DNA from: Dehalococcoidales bacterium | GTDB taxonomy: Bacteria; Chloroflexota; Dehalococcoidia; Dehalococcoidales; JAUWZL01 | Length of the DNA: 64,000 bases | Reading direction: 5' to 3' | Assembly: GCA_034413595.1 (NCBI GenBank) | Contig: DAOUMC010000018.1 | Span: 57,079-121,078, forward strand | In this document: in pieces, positions 51,230-59,526 of the stretch | How positions within the stretch are numbered: the first letter of the stretch is position 1 | How the letters are laid out: each line of letters opens with the position of its first letter | Translations under genes and position numbers: made by a program | Notes under the pieces: generated by a model | Told to the model about the DNA's origin: nothing | Seen by the model: the letters and a program-made list of their open reading frames with translations, nothing else | The model's database searches: none

Positions 51230-51856
51230 ATGAAGGAGCCTAGATTGGAGCTGAACCCGTCGTCCACCGCCGGCCCGGTAAGCCGGCTCATCGGGGAGCT
51301 ATCAAAGCTGCCGGGCATCGGTCCCAAGAGCGCCCAGCGTCTTACCTACTACCTGCTCCGCGCCCCGGATGAGCAGGCAAAAGTGCTGGCCGAAGCTGTG
51401 CTGTCTCTGAGACAAAAGACCCGGCTCTGCTCCGGCTGTTTCAATATCGCCGACTCTGACCTGTGCTCCATCTGCCGCAGTGATGAGCGGGACAAAACCA
51501 AAATCTGCATCGTGGAACAGCCCCAGGACATCCTGGCTCTGGAGCACGTCGGCGCCTATAAGGGGCTATACCACGTGCTCCACGGCGCCATCTCGCCCAC
51601 CGAGGGGATAGGTGCCGACAGCATAAGAATCAAAGAGCTTGTGGAAAGGCTGAAGACTGGTCCAGTAGACGAGGTCATCCTGGCTACCAACCCCACTCTT
51701 GAAGGTGAAGCCACGGCTATGTATCTAAATAAGCTCATCTCACCCCTGGGCATCAAGGTCACCCGCCTCGCCCGGGGGCTTCCCTTCGGCACCGAGCTGG
51801 AATACGCCGACGACGTCACCCTGACCCGAGCCCTTGAGGGCCGGCAGGAGTTTTGA
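51230..51856 (+). CDS. recR: Recombination protein RecR
   Basis: Contains [13 protein letters not shown] (HhH), the Zn finger CSGC...CSIC and a Toprim domain. Confidence 0.95.
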   Translation: MKEPRLELNPSSTAGPVSRLIGELSKLPGIGPKSAQRLTYYLLRAPDEQAKVLAEAVLSLRQKTRLCSGCFNIADSDLCSICRSDERDKTKICIVEQPQDILALEHVGAYKGLYHVLHGAISPTEGIGADSIRIKELVERLKTGPVDEVILATNPTLEGEATAMYLNKLISPLGIKVTRLARGLPFGTELEYADDVTLTRALEGRQEF

Positions 51857-51923
51857 GGTTAAAATCCCCCTTTTGTAAAGGGAGATTAAGAGGGACTTCA
51901 GGCCAATCTGTGAATGAAATAAA

Positions 51924-52694
51924 ATGACCAAGCCCCGCAACTACCAGACCGAAGCCATCACCATCAAAAAGACCAAGCTGGGCGAGGCCGATAGAATCCT
52001 CACCCTCTACACTCCCCACCTGGGCAAGATTCAGGCGGTAGCCAAAGGGGTGAGAAGGCCGAGGAGCAAGCTCTCGGGGCACCTGGAACTGCTCACCCAC
52101 AGCCTGGTGACACTGGCCAGAGGCAAAAATCTTGATACCATAATCGGCAGCCAGACCGTAGACAGCTTCCTGCCACTCAAGAGCGACCTCGAGCTTATGT
52201 CCTGTGCCCTTTATGTTACCGAGCTGGTCAACCAGTTCACCGCCGAGCATGTTGAAGACTATAACCTGTTCGGCTTACTGCTTGAGACCTTCAAGCAGCT
52301 ATGCCATAACCAGAACAATGAACTTATCCTGCGTTACTTTGAACTCCACCTGTTAAATGAGGTCGGCTACCGCCCTCAGCTTGAGTGCTGTGTTCGGTGC
52401 CGCTCACAGCTTGAGCTGGCTGCCAGCTATTTCGGCCCCGGTGCCGGCGGCATGCTGTGCCCCAGGTGCACCAGAGACCAATTTGCCCATCCCCTCTCGG
52501 CAAGCGGGTTAAAGGTGCTCAGGCTACTACAGGATGGCGACTATAGTATCATTAGCCAGTTAGAAATGAACCAGGAGCTTTCCACCGAGCTTGAGCGGAT
52601 AATGAGAGGCTACATGAGATACCTCCTAGAAAGAGAAATAAAGTCGGCCACCTGGCTGGATACTTTGAGAGAGCAGACATCTGGCAAGTATTAG
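51924..52694 (+). CDS. recO: DNA repair protein RecO
   Basis: 256 aa with an OB-fold N-terminus and the Zn motif CVRC...CPRC. Confidence 0.9.
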   Translation: MTKPRNYQTEAITIKKTKLGEADRILTLYTPHLGKIQAVAKGVRRPRSKLSGHLELLTHSLVTLARGKNLDTIIGSQTVDSFLPLKSDLELMSCALYVTELVNQFTAEHVEDYNLFGLLLETFKQLCHNQNNELILRYFELHLLNEVGYRPQLECCVRCRSQLELAASYFGPGAGGMLCPRCTRDQFAHPLSASGLKVLRLLQDGDYSIISQLEMNQELSTELERIMRGYMRYLLEREIKSATWLDTLREQTSGKY

Positions 52695-52717
52695 CTGGTA
52701 GCAAAAGGGAGAGATTC

Positions 52718-52743
52718 GTAGAGAGGGCAAAGCCCCTCTCTAC
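52718..52743 (+). terminator. Hairpin after recO (possible terminator; weak U tract)
   Basis: 10-bp stem GTAGAGAGGG / CCCTCTCTAC, followed by TCTATATT. Confidence 0.4.
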
Positions 52744-52750
52744 TCTATAT

Positions 52751-52781
52751 TCCCCTTCCCTTCCTTGGCAAGGGAAGGGGA
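52751..52781. repeat. C-rich/G-rich 12-bp-stem hairpin carrying the recurring 11-mer GGGAAGGGGAT
   Basis: TCCCCTTCCCTT-ccttggc-AAGGGAAGGGGA. The 11-mer GGGAAGGGGAT recurs exactly at 54695-54705 and 54812-54822. Related copies lie at about 21686-21716 and 51866-51895. Confidence 0.6.
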
Positions 52782-52866
52782 TGGATTTCAAAACCTCCGC
52801 TTTACTATAAGCCAGAGATAACATATACTAACTGCAATCCTTCACTTATAATCAAAGTCAACAAAG

Positions 52867-54348
52867 ATGACATCAAGACTGGAGCGCATAAGCCGGCAGA
52901 GGCTGGAAAAGGTAGAAAGGCTGAGAGCCCGGGGCATTGACCCCTACCCTGCCCGCTTCCGCCCGACTCACACCACTGAGCAGGCCATAGCTCTGCTCAG
53001 ACAGAACGAGGAAGGCCTAGCCCATCAGGACGAGGTTAGCGTCGCCGGAAGAATCATGGCCAAAAGAGAGATGGGCAAGAGTGCCTTCTTTGACCTCCGC
53101 GATGGCTCGGGCAGGATTCAACTGATGTTCCGCGATATAGACAAGTCTGAGGAGGGCAAAGCCCGGCTTCTTAACGACCTGGACATCGGCGACATCATCG
53201 GTGTTAGCGGCAGCCTGATTCGGACAAGAACTGGCGAACCCACCGTCCGGGTAGCCGATTTTGCCCTGCTGGCCAAGTCCTTAAGACCTCTGCCCGAAAA
53301 GTGGCACGGACTCCAGGATGTTGACGCCCGTCACCGCCGGCGCTATCTGGACTTGATCAGCAACCCCGAGGTCAAGTCGGCATTCAGGACGCGCAGCCGG
53401 GTCATCTCGGCGGTAAGAGCCTTCCTGGACAAACGGGGCTTCCTTGAAGTAGAGACGCCGGTGCTACAGCCCTCGGCGGGAGGGGCGCTGGCCCGCCCCT
53501 TCGTCACCCACCACCACGCCCTTGACCAGGACTTCTACCTGAGGATTGCCCTTGAGCTCCATCTAAAAAGGCTCATCATCGGCGGTTTTGACAGGGTCTA
53601 TGAGATAGGGCGCACCTTCCGCAATGAAGGCATCTCCACCAGACACAACCCGGAGTTCACCATGCTGGAAGCTTACCAGGCTTATGCCGACTACAATGAT
53701 GTCATGAACCTGCTTGAGGCAATGGTCTCCGGCATCATCAGAAAGCTCACCGGTAAGTATAAGGTCAAATTCGGCGAAGAAATTATTAACTTCAAGCCAC
53801 CATGGCAAAGGATGGAGTTGCGCCAGGCGGTCATAAAATACTGCGGCATTGACTTTGTCCAGTATCCAGATGCCGACCTGCTCCGGGCTAAGATGAGAGA
53901 GCTTGGCTTGGAGGTCGACCCGCAGAAGAACTGGCCGCGGCTGGTTGACGAGCTAATCTCCACCTGCGTTGAGCCCAACCTCATCCAGCCCACCTTTCTT
54001 ATAGACTACCCGGCGTCGATGTCCCCGTTGGCCAAGAGAAAACCGGGGCAGGAGCGGGTGGTGGAGCGCTTTGAAGCCTTTGCCGGAGGCATGGAGATGG
54101 CCAACGCCTTCACCGAGCTTAACGACCCCGTTGAGCAGCGCCAGCGCTTCGTGGAACAGCAGAAGGAGCAAAAGAAGGCAGAGGACGAGACCGAAACGAT
54201 TGACGAGGACTTCCTGACGGCCATGGAATACGGCATGCCTCCCACGGGTGGGCTGGGGGTGGGCATCGACCGGCTGGTGATGCTCCTCACCAACCAGCAG
54301 TCGATAAGAGAGGTGATACTGTTTCCACAGTTGAGGGAGAAGGAATAA
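52867..54348 (+). CDS. lysS: Lysine--tRNA ligase (class II)
   Basis: 493 aa with an OB anticodon-binding domain and class II motifs (FRNEG, GGLGVGIDRLVM). Confidence 0.97.
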   Translation: MTSRLERISRQRLEKVERLRARGIDPYPARFRPTHTTEQAIALLRQNEEGLAHQDEVSVAGRIMAKREMGKSAFFDLRDGSGRIQLMFRDIDKSEEGKARLLNDLDIGDIIGVSGSLIRTRTGEPTVRVADFALLAKSLRPLPEKWHGLQDVDARHRRRYLDLISNPEVKSAFRTRSRVISAVRAFLDKRGFLEVETPVLQPSAGGALARPFVTHHHALDQDFYLRIALELHLKRLIIGGFDRVYEIGRTFRNEGISTRHNPEFTMLEAYQAYADYNDVMNLLEAMVSGIIRKLTGKYKVKFGEEIINFKPPWQRMELRQAVIKYCGIDFVQYPDADLLRAKMRELGLEVDPQKNWPRLVDELISTCVEPNLIQPTFLIDYPASMSPLAKRKPGQERVVERFEAFAGGMEMANAFTELNDPVEQRQRFVEQQKEQKKAEDETETIDEDFLTAMEYGMPPTGGLGVGIDRLVMLLTNQQSIREVILFPQLREKE

Positions 54349-54371
54349 ATAATGGGAAGAGGCTCCTCTTT

Positions 54372-54811
54372 GTGAAAAAGAAAAAAGAATACGTAGGGAA
54401 AATCAAATTATACGCTGATGAAAATATCCGATATGGGATTGTGTTAGCGCTTAGATTGCAAGGGGTCAACATAAAGCACGCAAGCGAAGTAAATCTCACA
54501 AATAAGGATGATGGGATTCATTTTCAATATGCCAAAAAGGAAAAAAGGTGGTTATTGACCACAGACAGGCATTTTCTAAATCATAATGTTTTCCCATTTG
54601 AACAAATAAAGGTATTGCTATAGTACCAGATACTGGTGATGGTCTCATTGCTGGGGCAATTATGGCTTGGCTAAAATACGAACTAACCCCAAGTGGGAAG
54701 GGGATAGACAATTGTAAAGTTGAATTTCAGAGGGATGGTGTTTTGTTTCACTTTAGAAGAGAAGGGACAATATACACCCAGAAGCTAAAATCTCGTAGTA
54801 TTGAACAATAG
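54372..54811 (+). pseudogene. DUF5615 / PIN-like (Mut7-C-like) gene split by a frameshift
   Basis: Frame A (54372-54623) reads KLYADENI ... LLTTDRHF ... FEQIK then stops. Frame B is open over 54602-54811 and continues KGIAIVPDTGDG.... A 1-nt indel within 54602-54620 would join them. GC content is much lower than in the flanks. Confidence 0.55.
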
Positions 54812-54838
54812 GGGAAGGGGATATGGTTAATAAACAAA

Positions 54839-54937
54839 GTCATTGCGAGGAGCGCAGCGACGAAGCAATCTCGGGTGAAAGCGAGATCCATTTAGATTGC
54901 TTCGCTCCAGAATGACAAAAGAAGGACTCGCAATGAC
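54839..54937. repeat. Nested palindromic intergenic element (CATTGCGAG...CTCGCAATG type) abutting the serS SD
   Basis: Outer 11-bp arms are GTCATTGCGAG (54839-49) and CTCGCAATGAC (54927-37). Inner 11-bp arms are CGAAGCAATCT (54861-71) and AGATTGCTTCG (54894-904). An alternative helix pairs ATCTCG (54868-73) with CGAGAT (54882-87). Confidence 0.7.
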
Positions 54938-54948
54938 AGGAGAAGACA

Positions 54949-56190
54949 ATGCTTGACCTGAAGTTTATCCGCGAAAACACCGAGCTGGTGCGCCAGGCAG
55001 TAGCCGACAGACACGACAGCGCCCCGATAGAAGACATCCTCAAGCTTGACGCCCAGCGACGGCAGAAGCTCCTAGAGCTGGAAGACTCCAGGCGCCGGCG
55101 CAAGGAGCTGGCCAAGAGCAGGGGCGCCGATGCCCCAGAAGAGGGACGCCGGCTCCGGGAAAGGATTAAGACGCTTGAAGAGGAGCTAAGAGTCCTGGAC
55201 TGTCAGCTTGAAGACCTGCTGCTCCGCGTGCCCAACATCCCCCAGCCCACGGTGCCGGTGGGCAAAGACGAAAACGATAACATAGTTATTCGTTCCTGGG
55301 GAGAACCAAAGGGCTTTGATTTTACACCTGCCCCCCACTGGAAGCTGGGCGAAGACCTGGGCATCATCGACTTTGAAAGAGGGGTGAAGCTGTCCGGAAC
55401 CCGCTTCTATGTCCTCAGGGGGGGCGGCTCTCACCTGCAACGGGCGCTGATTAACTTTATGCTTGACCTCCACACCGGAGAGCACGGCTACCAGGAAATC
55501 TATCCCCCGTTCATGGTCAAGCGGGAGACCATGGTCGGCTCGGGGAATCTGCCCAAATTTGCCGATAACCTCTACCACGACGCAGAGGATGACCTATGGT
55601 TTGTGCCCACGGCCGAGGTGCCGCTGACCAACCTCCACCGGGATGAAATCATCCCGCCAGGCGTTCTTCCACTACATTATGTCGCCTACACCGCCTGCTT
55701 CCGCCGGGAGAAGATGTCTGCCGGCAAGGACACCCGGGGCATAAAAAGGCTCCACCAGTTTGACAAGGTAGAGCTTTACAAGTTCACCGAACCGGACAGG
55801 TCTAACGACGAGCTTGAGAAGATGGTGAATGACGCTGAAGATGTCAGCCAGAAGCTAGGGCTGCCCTACCGCATCAAACAGCTATGCACCGCCGACCTGG
55901 GCTTTGCCTCAACCAAGTCCTATGACATCGAGATGTGGGCTCCGGGCATCGGTGAGTGGCTGGAGGTAAGCTCCTGCTCCAACTGCAGCGATTTCCAGGC
56001 CCGCAGGGCCAACATCCGCTACCGCCCCTCCCCGGAAAGCAAACCCCAGTTCGTCCACACTCTGAACGGCTCCGGGCTGGCCCTGCCCAGAGTGCTAATT
56101 GCCATAATGGAAAACTATCAGCAGGCCGACGGCAGCATTACCATCCCCGAAATCCTCCAGCCCTACTTTGGCGAGAAATCTATCGGTTAG
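54949..56190 (+). CDS. serS: Serine--tRNA ligase
   Basis: 413 aa with an N-terminal coiled coil (MLDLKFIREN) and class II motifs (FRRE, GSGLA). Confidence 0.97.
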   Translation: MLDLKFIRENTELVRQAVADRHDSAPIEDILKLDAQRRQKLLELEDSRRRRKELAKSRGADAPEEGRRLRERIKTLEEELRVLDCQLEDLLLRVPNIPQPTVPVGKDENDNIVIRSWGEPKGFDFTPAPHWKLGEDLGIIDFERGVKLSGTRFYVLRGGGSHLQRALINFMLDLHTGEHGYQEIYPPFMVKRETMVGSGNLPKFADNLYHDAEDDLWFVPTAEVPLTNLHRDEIIPPGVLPLHYVAYTACFRREKMSAGKDTRGIKRLHQFDKVELYKFTEPDRSNDELEKMVNDAEDVSQKLGLPYRIKQLCTADLGFASTKSYDIEMWAPGIGEWLEVSSCSNCSDFQARRANIRYRPSPESKPQFVHTLNGSGLALPRVLIAIMENYQQADGSITIPEILQPYFGEKSIG

Positions 56191-56222
56191 TCCTCTAATA
56201 GCCACCGCGACAGGAAAATAGC

Positions 56223-57047
56223 ATGACCAAGAACAACAGAACCGGCCTGCCAAGCCAGACCAGTCATGATAAGATGACAGACTTACTCCGGCTTAACCAG
56301 GAAATCGCCTACAAGGGGAAGATAGGCTGGCTGCGAGAGCAATACTGTCTGGAGCAGATAAGGTATATGAAGGTCTGTCACCAGAAAATCGGCCAGGACC
56401 AGATTGAACACGCCCGGGCCCGTGGTGGGGTCATCTCCTGTGGCAAGGGCTGCTCCTGCTGCTGTTACTTATATATCGGGGCCAACCTGCAGGAATGTGA
56501 GGCCATCGCCTATTACCTCTACCACCATAAGCCGCTGTTAGATAGCTTCATTGAGAAATACCCTGGCTGGCGGGAAGCGGTAAGGCAGGGTGGTGACCAG
56601 TTCCGTAATTGCGAGCAACTTTTCACCAAGATGCTGCTATCCGGCACAGACAAACAAAGAGAGCAAACCTTTGAGGCAGCATTGAGGCGCCACAATAAAC
56701 AGAATATCGCCTGCCCCTTCCTGGAAAATGACCTGTGTCTGATTTATGAAACTCGCCCCTGCAACTGTGCCGGCCTCTTCATCACCACTTCGCCTGAGCA
56801 GTGCCAGCCCCAGAACAACGAAGACCCGAGGTTCAACATCACCACCATTGACGACGTGGTGTCTGATACTTCCTTCTACTACAGAAGCCTGAGCCACCCC
56901 ATCCACCTGTATATGCCGGTAGCGGTCTACCGGATTCTGGAAGAGGGCTTCTCTTATCTGGCCCAATTCCCCGGCCTTGAGGGGCTGGAGTCCGAGGCTA
57001 TGAGTGACCCCGAAGTCAAAGCCATCATCCAGTCCCTAGAGGTTTAA
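56223..57047 (+). CDS. YkgJ/UPF0153-like CxxCxxCC cysteine-cluster protein
   Basis: Contains CGKGCSCCC and CPFLENDLCLIYETRPCNCAG, the pattern of the putative Zn/Fe-chelating CxxCxxCC domain. Confidence 0.65.
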   Translation: MTKNNRTGLPSQTSHDKMTDLLRLNQEIAYKGKIGWLREQYCLEQIRYMKVCHQKIGQDQIEHARARGGVISCGKGCSCCCYLYIGANLQECEAIAYYLYHHKPLLDSFIEKYPGWREAVRQGGDQFRNCEQLFTKMLLSGTDKQREQTFEAALRRHNKQNIACPFLENDLCLIYETRPCNCAGLFITTSPEQCQPQNNEDPRFNITTIDDVVSDTSFYYRSLSHPIHLYMPVAVYRILEEGFSYLAQFPGLEGLESEAMSDPEVKAIIQSLEV

Positions 57048-57054
57048 ATCAAGT

Positions 57055-57084
57055 TTGACGCCCGGGGCACAAACTTTTTATACT
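57055..57084 (+). promoter_or_regulatory. Promoter of tRNA-Ser (TTGACG-18-TATACT)
   Basis: TTGACG at 57055-60 and TATACT at 57079-84. The mature tRNA 5' end lies 12 nt downstream. Confidence 0.55.
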
Positions 57085-57095
57085 TAGCCTGGCCC

Positions 57096-57185
57096 GGAGG
57101 GGTGTCCGAGTGGACTATGGAGACGGTCTTGAAAACCGTTGTCGCCGCAAGGTGACCGTGGGTTCGAATCCCACCCCCTCCGCCA
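57096..57185 (+). tRNA. tRNA-Ser (anticodon UGA), class II with long variable arm, encoded CCA
   Basis: Acceptor stem GGAGGGG/CCCCTCC, anticodon stem-loop ACGGT-CTTGAAA-ACCGT, variable arm TGTCGCCGCAAGGTGACCG, T arm GTGGGTTCGAATCCCAC, and a 3' GCCA. Confidence 0.95.
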
Positions 57186-57225
57186 CCCTCGCCTTAAACC
57201 CCGTCTCTTAAACTCTCCTCGGCGT

Positions 57226-58821
57226 TTAGTGTGGCTCGACGGACACCATATTTAGCCTGGCATAACCCAACTGGTTCAGCCGATAGCCGGTCACATAAGG
57301 CTTGACCAGCACATAGTCCTGCTCAAACCACAAGGGCAGGCAGGCAGCATCGCTGACCAGCTTCTGCTCCGCCTGCCGATAAAGCTCAAGGCTCAGGTCA
57401 CTATCCCATTCCACGCCGGCCGCCCGGAGTAAGGCGTCCACCTCCGGATTGCTGTACTCACCAACATTACTTCTAGAACCAGTGGCGAACAGGATTTCAA
57501 GAAAATTCTGAGGGCGGGGATAATCAGCATACCAGCTCCAGTAGACCATCTCGTCTTTCTCCTGCATGATGTTATAAAGGAATTCCTCAGGTTCCAGCTG
57601 CCTCACTGTCACCTCCACCCCCAGGTTAACCCGCCACTCATAAACGATGGCCTCCAGGTCCGATGAGATTAGGCCTCCCCAGCCCCCGGTGGTAATAGTA
57701 ATCGGCGGTAAGTTGGATACATCACCATATTTTGAAGCCGCAATCAGTGCCCTGGCCTGGTCAATATCAAAATCAAGCCCTGTCAAATCAGGGTTAAATC
57801 CAGGCATGCCCGGGGGCAGTATGCCGTCTGCCCAGGTCACGGTATCCTTGAAGACCAGAGAAACCAGCTTGTCCTTATCTATAGCCTGGGAAAAAGCGCG
57901 GCGGATGTCAGGGTCATCAAAAGGCGGCTTGGTGCAGTTAAAGCCGATGTACGTCAGCCCAAACACCGGGGCTACCGAAAGCTCCTGATAGAAGCTACCA
58001 GCCGGGTCAGTGACCTTGTCAAAATAGCCGGAGTCAACGCTGGTGACATCAATCTGGCCCGTCTCGTACAAGTCCATCGGCAGGCCCGCCCAGAGATGGA
58101 AATCAACATAATCAACCCGGGCTAGGTCACCGTAGTAGAGCTCATTTCTCTCCAGCACCAGCTGGCTGCCCTGCTCCCACTTCATAAGTCTGAAAGGGCC
58201 GGTACCGCTGGGCTGGAGCCACCAGGAAGCCCCCTGTTCTACGTTATCCCTGTCCACAACAAAGCTGGTGACGTGGGTCATCTCGGACAAGAAGTAGGAC
58301 TTGGGCTCATCTATGGTAACCCTGAGGGTAAAGTCATCAACTACCTCAACACCACTGAGCTCGTCACTCTCTCCAGCCAGCATCTGGTTGGCGCCGACTA
58401 TATCACCCAGGTAGATGCTGGCCGTCTGAGAGTCGGTCGCCGGGTCTAAGGCACGCTCCCAGGAGTACTTGAAGTCCTGGGCCCTGACCTGCCTTCCGCT
58501 ATGGAAATAGACGTCGTCTCTCAGGTAAAAGGTGTACACCCTGCCATCCGGACTTACCTCCCAGTCCCGGGCTATGTCGGGGACCGTCCCAAGATTATCA
58601 TCCAGAGTAACCAGGCCACTAAAAAGTTGAATTATATAGCCGTTGGACAGGGCATCATTGGCCAGCGCCGGGTCAAGGGTCAAGGGGTCTATGCCGTAGA
58701 GGTTAAGGACTGTCCCGGTAAGAGTTGTTTCGCCGGACTTAATCGGGCACTGGCAGCCGGTCAGCACCAGGCTGCCCGCCAGTACTGCCGAGAGAAGGGC
58801 TAACGATACTTTTCTAACCAT
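57226..58821 (-). CDS. ABC transporter substrate-binding lipoprotein, family 5 (peptide/nickel type)
   Basis: 531 aa with lipobox LTGC and overall OppA/DppA/NikA-like sequence. No permease or ATPase gene is adjacent. Confidence 0.8.
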   Translation of the reverse strand: MVRKVSLALLSAVLAGSLVLTGCQCPIKSGETTLTGTVLNLYGIDPLTLDPALANDALSNGYIIQLFSGLVTLDDNLGTVPDIARDWEVSPDGRVYTFYLRDDVYFHSGRQVRAQDFKYSWERALDPATDSQTASIYLGDIVGANQMLAGESDELSGVEVVDDFTLRVTIDEPKSYFLSEMTHVTSFVVDRDNVEQGASWWLQPSGTGPFRLMKWEQGSQLVLERNELYYGDLARVDYVDFHLWAGLPMDLYETGQIDVTSVDSGYFDKVTDPAGSFYQELSVAPVFGLTYIGFNCTKPPFDDPDIRRAFSQAIDKDKLVSLVFKDTVTWADGILPPGMPGFNPDLTGLDFDIDQARALIAASKYGDVSNLPPITITTGGWGGLISSDLEAIVYEWRVNLGVEVTVRQLEPEEFLYNIMQEKDEMVYWSWYADYPRPQNFLEILFATGSRSNVGEYSNPEVDALLRAAGVEWDSDLSLELYRQAEQKLVSDAACLPLWFEQDYVLVKPYVTGYRLNQLGYARLNMVSVEPH

Positions 58822-58826
58822 TTGGT

Positions 58827-59525
58827 TTAAAACAACCCCTGCCTCTTCAGGCTGAGGTAGTCCCTACCGCCGATAATGATGTGGTCTAAGACATCTATGC
58901 CCATAATCTCCCCGGCCCGGGCCAGCCTCTTGGTCAATTTTATGTCATCTTCCGAGGCAGAGGGGTCGCCCGAGGGGTGGTTGTGGGCGAAAATAACCGA
59001 AGCCGCACTGGCTGATAAGGCTTCCTTAAACACCTCTCTGGGATGAACGATACTGGTATCCAGACTGCCCACCGAGATTTCCGAGACCTTCAGCAGCCGG
59101 CTGCGGTTGTCCAGCAAGATTGCCAGGAAGTGCTCCTTCTTCTTTTCCTTCAGCCTTCCCCTTACCAGGCCGACGACATCCTCAGGAGTCTTCACCAGCG
59201 GTCTTTCTGAAGCCTCCGCATAAGTCTCCAGGCGGCTAGCCAGCTCAAAGGCCGCCTTTAGCTGTGCCGCCTTCGCCAGACCGATTCCCCTCACCCCGGA
59301 CAGCTCCTCTACCGAGGCGCCGGCCACTCCCTTGAGGCTACCAAAACTGGCGAGCAGTCTCTGTGCTGTTACCATCACCGACTCGCCGCTGATACCCCGG
59401 CCCAGAATCAGGGCCAGAATCTCCTGGGCCGAGAGGGAATCAGCGCCAAACTTGAGTAGCCTTTCCCTGGGGCGTTCCGAGACAGGCAAATCGTGGATTG
59501 TAAATGACTTCTTCACCGGGCTCAT
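58827..59525 (-). CDS. radC: RadC-like JAB-domain protein
   Basis: Contains ERPRERL, an HhH region, and the JAMM motif HNHPSGDPSAS. ATG 59525 directly follows the upstream stop (TAAAATG); the track start is TTG 59546. Confidence 0.88.
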   Translation of the reverse strand: MSPVKKSFTIHDLPVSERPRERLLKFGADSLSAQEILALILGRGISGESVMVTAQRLLASFGSLKGVAGASVEELSGVRGIGLAKAAQLKAAFELASRLETYAEASERPLVKTPEDVVGLVRGRLKEKKKEHFLAILLDNRSRLLKVSEISVGSLDTSIVHPREVFKEALSASAASVIFAHNHPSGDPSASEDDIKLTKRLARAGEIMGIDVLDHIIIGGRDYLSLKRQGLF

Positions 59526-59526
59526 T

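Noticed and set aside
52695-52866. T-box leader upstream of lysS; also checked upstream of serS and tyrS.
   Set aside because: The spacers are short and lack the conserved T-box sequence (AGGGTGGNACCGCG-like) and a specifier-loop architecture. The structures present are simple repeat hairpins.
54840-55115. 91-aa minus-strand ORF spanning the palindromic element and the serS 5' end.
   Set aside because: It is antisense to the well-supported serS start. Its N-terminal part is just the translated palindrome and has no SD.
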